Source of the DNA: Lachnospiraceae bacterium
Lineage (GTDB): Bacteria; Bacillota; Clostridia; Lachnospirales; Lachnospiraceae
Assembly: GCA_016281385.1 (NCBI GenBank)
Contig: JAEEIN010000062.1
Location: 1,494-65,493 of the forward strand
DNA length: 64,000 nucleotides
Direction of reading: 5' to 3'
Shown: piece after piece, positions 57,161 through 64,000 of the stretch
Numbering within the stretch: the first letter of the stretch is position 1
How the letters are laid out: each line of letters opens with the position of its first letter
Made by a program: the position numbers and the translations under genes
Notes under the pieces: model-generated
Databases searched by the model: none
Told to the model about the DNA's origin: nothing
Seen by the model: the letters and a program-made list of their open reading frames with translations, nothing else

Positions 57161-58060
57161 ATGGACAAGATAAATGCAGAGGTATTTTTATCGGTTGTTG
57201 AAACCGGAAACTTCAGAAAAACCGCGGACCTTTTGGGCTACACTCAGGCGGGCATAAGCTACATAATCGGCTCCATGGAAAAAGAAACCGGGCTGACACT
57301 GTTCATTCGTGAACACAACGGTGTAAGGCTGACCCGGGAAGGCGAGGCTCTGATACCTTACATGAAGCAGCTGGAGGTATGGGACCGACAGTTTGACCAG
57401 ATTGTTGGCGAACTCAATGGGCTTGAGAAGGGAAATCTCAGGGTTCAGATCTTTGACAGTATTTCCGTTCACTGGATCCCGGGCATAATCCAGCGGTTCA
57501 ATCACGATTATCCCGGCATAAACATTGAACTGATCACGGAAGAGGACAGTGCAAGGGCGGAAGAAATGGTATTGAGCGGCGAAGTGGACTGCGGTTTCTT
57601 TTTGACAAACGTCTCGGCGGATATAGATTATTATCCCTTGATGGAGGAGAACCTCCTTGCGGTTGTGGCACCGGATCACCCGCTGGCGAAACTTGAGAAG
57701 TTTCCCATAAAGGAACTTGGCAAGCACCCCTACATAGCCATGAAATACGATGCCCACACCGGTATAGGTCGTATCTTCAGCAAGCGCGGCATCGTTCCGC
57801 AGATAGCCTACTCGCTGGATAACGACTACGCGGCCATGGCCATGGTCAACAAGGGCCTGGGCTATACCATATTCCCGCAGCTTCTTCTTACATATAAGCC
57901 CTGTGAGCTTCGTTGCATGGAATTCGACGAACCCGTAAAAAGAACCATAAGTGTCGGAACCGCATCCATGTCGACCTGTTCCAAGGCCTGCGCGAAATTT
58001 ATCGAGTATACTCGGGAATGGGTGGAGGAGTATAAGGAGACCAATCGGCAGGAGGCATGA
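57161..58060 (+). CDS. LysR-family transcriptional regulator
   Basis: FLSVVETGNFRKTADLLGYTQAGISYII..MEKETGLTLFIR...VRLTREG and a LysR substrate-binding domain. Confidence 0.93.
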   Translation: MDKINAEVFLSVVETGNFRKTADLLGYTQAGISYIIGSMEKETGLTLFIREHNGVRLTREGEALIPYMKQLEVWDRQFDQIVGELNGLEKGNLRVQIFDSISVHWIPGIIQRFNHDYPGINIELITEEDSARAEEMVLSGEVDCGFFLTNVSADIDYYPLMEENLLAVVAPDHPLAKLEKFPIKELGKHPYIAMKYDAHTGIGRIFSKRGIVPQIAYSLDNDYAAMAMVNKGLGYTIFPQLLLTYKPCELRCMEFDEPVKRTISVGTASMSTCSKACAKFIEYTREWVEEYKETNRQEA

Positions 58061-58075
58061 GCCTCCTGTTTTTTT
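58049..58075 (+). terminator. Intrinsic terminator overlapping the LysR stop
   Basis: CAGGAGGC-ATGA-GCCTCCTG-TTTTTTT. Confidence 0.85.
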
Positions 58076-58088
58076 ATGCAAAAAGGGG

Positions 58089-58146
58089 TTGAAAAATCGA
58101 ACGAATGTTCATATAATGAAAATCAAGGAGAGCGAACGTATGTACG
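58089..58146 (+). promoter_or_regulatory. Sigma-A promoter with LexA box(es)
   Basis: TTGAAA (58089), 17 nt containing CGAACGAATGTTCA (58098-58111), TATAAT (58112). A second degenerate box CGAACGTATGTACG (58133-58146) lies over the start codon. Confidence 0.82.
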
Positions 58147-59636
58147 AAATTCAACCCGGACCGGATCTTAAGGAGAAACTTGAAATATTGTCGGATGCAG
58201 CCAAATACGACGTGGCATGTACGTCCAGCGGAGTGGACAGGGCAGGCAAGGAGGGATTTATCGGCAACTCTGTTTCTGCGGGTATATGCCATACTTTTGC
58301 GGCGGACGGCAGGTGCATTTCCTTATTAAAGGTCCTTATGAGCAATCACTGTGTTTATGACTGCAAATATTGTAAGAACAGGGCATCAAACGATATCCCG
58401 AGGGCGACTTTTACTCCCGACGAGCTTTGTTCTTTAACTATTGAGTTCTATAAACGTAATTATATAGAGGGGCTTTTCTTAAGTTCGGGTGTCATTAAGA
58501 ATCCCGACTATACCATGGAGAAGATGTGTGAGACCCTGCGTCTGTTACGTACCAAATACAGGTTTAACGGTTATATACATGTTAAGGCGATTCCCGGGGC
58601 TTCGGGAGAACTGTTATATTCGGCGGGTCTTCTTGCGGACAGGGTCAGCATCAATATGGAGCTTCCTACCCAGGCAAGTCTTTCCGCCCTTGCACCAAAC
58701 AAGAATATGTTAAACATATTAAATCCCATGAACCGTATCAGCGGTACCATTGCGGCACATCGTGTTGCCATCGGCAAGGAGGCAAGGCTCGAAAGGGCGG
58801 GGATAAACGATCACCTTGTGAACAGTATCTTCGGTAAGGGAAGCAAGGTCACCAAGGAGGCTATTGCAGGGGCTGAACATATCGGGATCGAAACGGCGGG
58901 ATCTCAGCTTCCGGCGATAAACGATACCTTTATGTATCCCGCTGACAGAAAGGATGCGCTCCTTAAGCGCCCCTTCGCCCCCGCAGGGCAAAGCACCCAG
59001 ATGATAATCGGAGCTTCAGGTGAGACGGATCTTGAACTTGTCCGTACAAGCCAGGAACTGTATAAGAGTTTTGACCTTAAGAGGGTATTTTACTCTGCCT
59101 ATATTCCATTAAACGAGGATCCGGCCCTTCCGGCCCTGGACACGGCGGTTCCGATGAAGCGGGAGCACCGGCTGTATCAGGCGGATTTTCTTTTGAGATA
59201 TTACGGCTTTCAGGCGGATGAACTTCTGTCGGCGGACAGGCCCTTCTTTAATGACAGAGTGGACCCAAAGTGTGACTGGGCAGTGCGCCATTTGGGAGAT
59301 TTCCCGGTGGAGGTGAATACCGCTTCCTATGATGCACTTCTTCGTGTGCCCGGTATAGGGCCCAAGGGCGTTATGCGGATCATGAGTGCCAGAAAGTACT
59401 CAAGTGTAAATTTTCAGATGCTTAAAAAGATGGGCATAGTCCTTAAACGTGCCCAGTATTTCATTACCTGTAATGGCAGGATGATGTTCAATATTCCAAT
59501 GGAGGAGAGGTTCATACTTTCGCAGCTTGCCGATGTGGAGCAAACATCGGAGCGAAAACTCTTGATCAGGAACGATGACCAAAACGCACAGATGGATCTC
59601 TTCTCAGACTTTAATTTAACGACCGGTGTTGTGTGA
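58140..59636 (+). CDS. Putative DNA modification/repair radical SAM protein (TIGR03916-like)
   Basis: KLEILSDAAKYDVAC, GICH, DGRCISLLK, CVYDCKYC (CxxxCxxC), FAPAGQSTQ, REHRLYQADFL and HhH LLRVPGIG. RBS AAGGAG before ATG 58140. Confidence 0.9.
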   Translation: MYEIQPGPDLKEKLEILSDAAKYDVACTSSGVDRAGKEGFIGNSVSAGICHTFAADGRCISLLKVLMSNHCVYDCKYCKNRASNDIPRATFTPDELCSLTIEFYKRNYIEGLFLSSGVIKNPDYTMEKMCETLRLLRTKYRFNGYIHVKAIPGASGELLYSAGLLADRVSINMELPTQASLSALAPNKNMLNILNPMNRISGTIAAHRVAIGKEARLERAGINDHLVNSIFGKGSKVTKEAIAGAEHIGIETAGSQLPAINDTFMYPADRKDALLKRPFAPAGQSTQMIIGASGETDLELVRTSQELYKSFDLKRVFYSAYIPLNEDPALPALDTAVPMKREHRLYQADFLLRYYGFQADELLSADRPFFNDRVDPKCDWAVRHLGDFPVEVNTASYDALLRVPGIGPKGVMRIMSARKYSSVNFQMLKKMGIVLKRAQYFITCNGRMMFNIPMEERFILSQLADVEQTSERKLLIRNDDQNAQMDLFSDFNLTTGVV

Positions 59637-59644
59637 GGTGCGTT

Positions 59645-60403
59645 ATGAGAATATATACATGCAGCCGCAACTGGGATGCCATGCTTACCTGTATATACGA
59701 AGCATGGACCAGTCGGCTCGGACAACAGAATATCCGGCTTGAACTTGAGCCGGTGGAACAATATACCCTTTTTAACGAATACATCCATGTGGATGTAAAC
59801 AAAGGCAAGGCCGACAGCGTCGCCGACGCCATCGTTGAGAAGATATCCTCCTATGTCTATTACGAGCTTACCTTTTGCTCCATGGCCTGTGAGAAGGATG
59901 TACTGGATAACATTTATCGCGTCCTTATTCTCGGCTTTGCATATGGGCCGAAGGTTCTTGAAATGGTTCAGTTCAAGGACGTGATGCGAAACAATGAGAT
60001 AAGGCGCCGCCTTGGCCGGGAAGTTTCGCGTTTCACCGAGGCTGTCAGGTTTCAGAAGGTAAACGATTCCTTTTATGTGGCACATATAGAGCCTAAGAGC
60101 AATCTTGTGCTTGCACTGGGACGGCATTTTCAGGACCGGATGCCTTCGGAAAACTGGATGATAGTGGATGATGTGCATCTTGAGGCGGTGGTTCATCCCG
60201 CCAATGAGGATTTCTATCTTCGCCTTTTATCCGAGATTGAGCTTGAAGCCCTCAAGCGAACGGAGCGGACCCGTGATGAATATACGGATCTTTGGAAGGT
60301 ATTCTTTGACACCATAGCCATAAAGGAACGCATAAATCCCAAACTTCAGAAGAACCTGTTCCCTCTGTGGGCAAGAAAGCATGCAGTGGAGTTTATGGAT
60401 TGA
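59645..60403 (+). CDS. TIGR03915/DUF4130 putative DNA repair protein
   Basis: MLTCIYEAW, VRF, IEP..N, HFQDRM..ENWMI.D and LWKVFFDTIAIKERINPKLQ; usual partner of the radical SAM protein. Confidence 0.85.
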   Translation: MRIYTCSRNWDAMLTCIYEAWTSRLGQQNIRLELEPVEQYTLFNEYIHVDVNKGKADSVADAIVEKISSYVYYELTFCSMACEKDVLDNIYRVLILGFAYGPKVLEMVQFKDVMRNNEIRRRLGREVSRFTEAVRFQKVNDSFYVAHIEPKSNLVLALGRHFQDRMPSENWMIVDDVHLEAVVHPANEDFYLRLLSEIELEALKRTERTRDEYTDLWKVFFDTIAIKERINPKLQKNLFPLWARKHAVEFMD

Positions 60404-60437
60404 AAAATAACGCGTTTGTCCTTATGATTGATATATG
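60400..60437 (+). promoter_or_regulatory. Promoter placed to give a leaderless mRNA
   Basis: TTGAAA (60400), 17 nt, TATGAT (60423), 6 nt, ATG (60435); no Shine-Dalgarno. Confidence 0.6.
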
Positions 60438-61715
60438 GAAATCGAAACGGCAAAGGCCGAAGAATATGCCAAAAGAATAATGCGTCTTGCCAGAGACACC
60501 ATAACCGTGCGTTACCGCTTTTTTGACAACGCACTTGCCAAGTACAGCCTTGTCATGGAGCCGGGGCTTAACTGTTATGTTGCGGACGGCGAGACATTGC
60601 GGGTGGATCCTGTAAAGCTTGTTACGGATTACGCAGAGGAGCCGGGTTTGGGGATCAGGCTTTATCTGCATGTAATGCTTCACGGGATCTTTTTGCATCC
60701 TTATCGTTACGACAAAACAAATGAAGCATATTGGAATCTTGCTTCCGATATAGCTGTTGAAAATATAATTCTTGATATGAAGGTCCCGGGAGCGGATATG
60801 ACAAGGGACGATGAACAAAGGACCGTCATACAGCGTCTTAAAAAATGGGTTCCGGAGCTGACGGCCGAGAAACTGTACAGAGAATTCGCAGCAAACGGCA
60901 TCTCAATGGATGCCGAAAGTTCATACAGGCGGCTGTTCACCTTTGACAGGCACAGGGTAAGGATGTCCTATAAAGAAGAACCGGAGACCATCCTTACGGA
61001 AGCGGACTGGGAGAAGATAGCCGAGCGAGTCAAAGCTGAGCTTGAATCTTTTTCAAACAGTGGAGCGGGCGGCGATTCCGTTCAGGCTAACTTAAAGGAA
61101 GCCACGAGGAAACGTTACGACTACGAAATGATCTTAAGGCGCTTCGCCATAGTAGGTGAGGAGATAAAGGTAAACCCTGATGAATTTGATTATATCTACT
61201 ACACCTACGGGTTGAAGGAATATGGAAACATGCCCCTGATCGAACCTCTTGAATATGCGGAGCGAAAGAGTGTCAGGGAGTTTGTTGTTGCGATAGATAC
61301 CTCCGCTTCCTGCAGAGGCGAGGTGGTAAAGGACTTTCTTCAGAAAACCTATGATATACTGAGCGTATCGGGAATGTTCTTTACGGATATAAATATCCAC
61401 ATAGTCATGTGTGACTCAAAGGTCGAATCCGATACCGTGATAAAGAATCAGAGCGACCTGAAGGCCTTTAAAGACAATGTGGAGATCAAGGGCTTTGGAG
61501 CCACGGATTTCCGCCCTGTATTTGAATACGTGGATGAACTTCGGGAGAAGAAGGAACTAAAGGATTTAAAGGGACTGATCTATTTCACCGACGGTATCGG
61601 CATCTACCCCGAAAGATGCCCTGATTACGATGTGATGTTTGTTTTTAACGGAATAAACGAGATGAGGCCGAAACTGCCCGGATGGGCCATCGAAGTCATA
61701 TTGGAGGATGTATGA
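60435..61715 (+). CDS. DUF2201-like metallopeptidase-domain + VWA protein
   Basis: ADG..L..DP, HVMLHGIFLH, WNLASDIAVE; VWA MIDAS IDTSAS, GATDFRPVF and LIYFTDG. Confidence 0.8.
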   Translation: MEIETAKAEEYAKRIMRLARDTITVRYRFFDNALAKYSLVMEPGLNCYVADGETLRVDPVKLVTDYAEEPGLGIRLYLHVMLHGIFLHPYRYDKTNEAYWNLASDIAVENIILDMKVPGADMTRDDEQRTVIQRLKKWVPELTAEKLYREFAANGISMDAESSYRRLFTFDRHRVRMSYKEEPETILTEADWEKIAERVKAELESFSNSGAGGDSVQANLKEATRKRYDYEMILRRFAIVGEEIKVNPDEFDYIYYTYGLKEYGNMPLIEPLEYAERKSVREFVVAIDTSASCRGEVVKDFLQKTYDILSVSGMFFTDINIHIVMCDSKVESDTVIKNQSDLKAFKDNVEIKGFGATDFRPVFEYVDELREKKELKDLKGLIYFTDGIGIYPERCPDYDVMFVFNGINEMRPKLPGWAIEVILEDV

Positions 61716-63196
61716 ATATAGCAGAAGCAAAGGAATATATAAAGAACACGGTTTCAATCTATCTTAAAAAGGACGAGTACGGAGATTACCGGATTCCTGT
61801 CATGAGACAGAGACCTATATTCATGATCGGCGCACCGGGAATCGGAAAGACCGCCATAATGGAGCAGGTGGCTTCGGAACTGGGGATTGCCCTTGTGAGC
61901 TATTCCATGACACATCACACGAGGCAGTCGGCTCTGGGCCTTCCCTTCATTGAGAAAAAAGAATACGGCGGCAAGACCTACGACGTTTCCGAATACACCA
62001 TGAGCGAGATAATCGCTTCGATCTACGAGACCATGGAAAGAAGCGGAGTTAAGGAAGGAATCCTTTTCCTTGACGAGATAAACTGTGTATCGGAGACTCT
62101 GGCTCCTTCAATGCTTCAGTTCCTTCAGTACAAGGAGTTCGGACGTCACAGTGTCCCCGAAGGCTGGGCGATAGTCACCGCCGGAAACCCTCCGGAGTTT
62201 AACCGTTCGGTCCGTGAATTCGACGTGGTAACCCTTGACCGTTTAAAGGTACTTGAGATTGAAGCGGATTATCCTGCATGGAGATCCTATGCAACGGATA
62301 AGGGGATCCACAGCTCCATCCTTAATTTCCTTGATATCAAGAAGGATTATTTCTACCATGTGGAGACCACAAGCTCGGGCATGTCCTACACCACTGCCCG
62401 TGGCTGGGAGGATCTTTCCGATATAATCTACCTTTACGAAGAGTCGGGCTACAAGGTAACCGAGACACTTATAGGTCAGTACATCAGAAATGACAAGGTC
62501 GTGCGCGAATTCGGCGCCTACTACGATCTGTTTAACAAGTATAAAGAAAGCTACCGCGTAAGCGAGATCTTAAAGGGAGATATTCCCGAGGATACCATCG
62601 TTAAGGCCTCCGAAGCGCCCCTCGACGAGAAACTTTCGCTGGTTGGAATTCTTCTTGATACGGTCAAGACGGAGCTTAAGGATATAATGAATGCCACAAC
62701 GGATCTTAAGGAAATGCGTCCCGGGCTTAAAGCTGTGCGTGAGTCCGATGACATAAAGGATGCGATCTCTAAGCAGATCGGTGCAAGGACAACGATCCTG
62801 GAAAGCCGCGCGAAGGCAGGTGCACTTCCTGCGGATGAAGCGGCCAAGCACAAGCGCATAAGGGCATTTTACAATACATTGCTTACAAGGCTGACGGAAG
62901 AAGAACCCGCAGATCAGGGCGAATTCATTACTGCTGTATTCAATGAAAAACTTTCTGAATTAAAGTCAAAGACGGTGAAGGAGCAGGAAAGGATACACAA
63001 CCTCTTTACCCTTATGAGCAGAGCCTTTGGAGACGAGAGCAACGAGATGCTCATCGCCGTTACAGAACTTACGGTACACAAACAGTCCGCCGAATTCTTT
63101 GCGACCTTTGGTTCGGAGGATTACAACAGATATAACGAGATCCTGATGGTAACGGACAGAAAGGATTCCTTAAGACAGGAAATACTCAGTCTATGA
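61712..63196 (+). CDS. MoxR/dynein-related AAA+ ATPase
   Basis: Walker A GAPGIGKT, Walker B ILFLDE, TAGNPP, DR arginine finger and TTARGWE. ATGA overlap with the upstream gene. Confidence 0.88.
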   Translation: MNIAEAKEYIKNTVSIYLKKDEYGDYRIPVMRQRPIFMIGAPGIGKTAIMEQVASELGIALVSYSMTHHTRQSALGLPFIEKKEYGGKTYDVSEYTMSEIIASIYETMERSGVKEGILFLDEINCVSETLAPSMLQFLQYKEFGRHSVPEGWAIVTAGNPPEFNRSVREFDVVTLDRLKVLEIEADYPAWRSYATDKGIHSSILNFLDIKKDYFYHVETTSSGMSYTTARGWEDLSDIIYLYEESGYKVTETLIGQYIRNDKVVREFGAYYDLFNKYKESYRVSEILKGDIPEDTIVKASEAPLDEKLSLVGILLDTVKTELKDIMNATTDLKEMRPGLKAVRESDDIKDAISKQIGARTTILESRAKAGALPADEAAKHKRIRAFYNTLLTRLTEEEPADQGEFITAVFNEKLSELKSKTVKEQERIHNLFTLMSRAFGDESNEMLIAVTELTVHKQSAEFFATFGSEDYNRYNEILMVTDRKDSLRQEILSL

Positions 63197-64000
63197 GATT
63201 TGAATACTCGGTAAAAAACAATGAAGCCGTCATAACCGGCGGAAGCGATATAGGAACGAGCCTTGTGATCCCTGAAATGTTAGACGGAGTGAAAGTGACC
63301 GCTGTGGAAAGAAAGGCATTTCTGGGAATAAAGGGTTTAAGAAGTGTAACGGTTCCCGAATCGGTGAACTCCATAGGTGACTGGGCCTTTGCCCAGTGCA
63401 TACATCTTCGCGAGGTATCCATAGGCGGAGCAGGAGCGGGTAAGCTGGGAAAGGGAGTGTTTGAAGGCTGCACAAGGCTTGAGAGCCTGCATTTTGACTC
63501 AAACGCCGATGCCGACAGTGATGTCATGGCGGCAATGACCGTGCACCGCCTTGAAGCGGAATATCTTTTGAGGGATCCGGATCTTGGAACGGAGAACTGG
63601 TACAGGAAATGGGATCTGGCATTGGCGAATCTTCTTGCAAGGGACGACATGGAAGGCTACTCCGACAGGGCTCTTTGCGGCGAGGAGGATATCTCATACG
63701 ACGGCATCGGCTCGGTGGACGGAGAACTTCCGGGAGAATCGGCTTCATACATAATAGAGCAGAATAAAAATAAGTGTTACCTGTGCCTCGTTCGGCTTAT
63801 GAATGCCGGATTTCTTGATAAAGACACAGGAACACTTTTTAAGAAATACCTCAAACGTCATGCCAAAGGCTGCGGAAACGAGTCCGCCTGGCTGACGGTC
63901 AAGGAAGATTTTAAGGACAACATCGAATATCTTAAACTCTTCATCGATGTGACGGAGCCTGACAGCGATGCCATAAAGGACATGATCGCTGACGCCGGCA
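63193..64000 (+). CDS. BspA-type leucine-rich repeat (LRR_5) protein, 3'-truncated by the window edge
   Basis: MRFEYSVKNNEAVITG...LVIPEMLDGVKVTAVERKAFLG..GLRSVTVPESVNSIGDWAFAQCIHL...GVFEGCTRL. ATGA overlap with the AAA gene; no stop seen before 64000. Confidence 0.8.
   Translation, partial: MRFEYSVKNNEAVITGGSDIGTSLVIPEMLDGVKVTAVERKAFLGIKGLRSVTVPESVNSIGDWAFAQCIHLREVSIGGAGAGKLGKGVFEGCTRLESLHFDSNADADSDVMAAMTVHRLEAEYLLRDPDLGTENWYRKWDLALANLLARDDMEGYSDRALCGEEDISYDGIGSVDGELPGESASYIIEQNKNKCYLCLVRLMNAGFLDKDTGTLFKKYLKRHAKGCGNESAWLTVKEDFKDNIEYLKLFIDVTEPDSDAIKDMIADAG

Noticed and set aside
57951-58139. N-terminal extension of the radical SAM ORF given in the ORF track
   Set aside because: It overlaps LysR, its terminator and the SOS promoter. 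The SD-supported start is ATG 58140.
1-64000. CRISPR array, rRNA, tRNA, IS/transposase, integrase or prophage genes
   Set aside because: I saw no regularly spaced repeats, RNA-gene signatures or recombinase motifs. Intergenic gaps are short and accounted for.

Overview
A 64-kb chromosomal window from an anaerobic Firmicute. Gene content and style suggest Lachnospiraceae, probably a Butyrivibrio-like gut or rumen organism; this is inferred, not tested. It is dominated by carbohydrate use and signalling genes. These include a GH10 xylanase (5'-truncated), a GH27 alpha-galactosidase and a GH120 xylosidase. There is also a complete beta-1,3-glucan locus (GH55, GH94 laminaribiose-phosphorylase-like, ABC transporter, two-component system, permuted GH3). 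Other modules are a LanFEG-like resistance cassette, two hybrid-kinase phosphorelays, a BlaI/BlaR1(M56)-M23 pair, an ATPPase-only GuaA, a nickel ECF transporter with larB/larC, phosphoketolase, an SOS-boxed radical-SAM/DUF4130 repair pair and a VWA/AAA/LRR operon running off the end. I saw no rRNA, tRNA, CRISPR array or transposase. The most interesting non-annotated structures are four. (1) A LexA-boxed type I toxin-antitoxin locus at about 56.42-56.81 kb, with a 5'-3' fold-back mRNA and a convergent antisense promoter. (2) A 39-aa membrane microprotein divergent from a LysR gene, resembling that toxin. (3) A terminator-containing structured leader before the nickel/lar operon. (4) A shared motif exactly 49 nt upstream of the -10 box in all three promoters of the beta-1,3-glucan locus. 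All family assignments come from recognising motifs by eye; no database searches were run.
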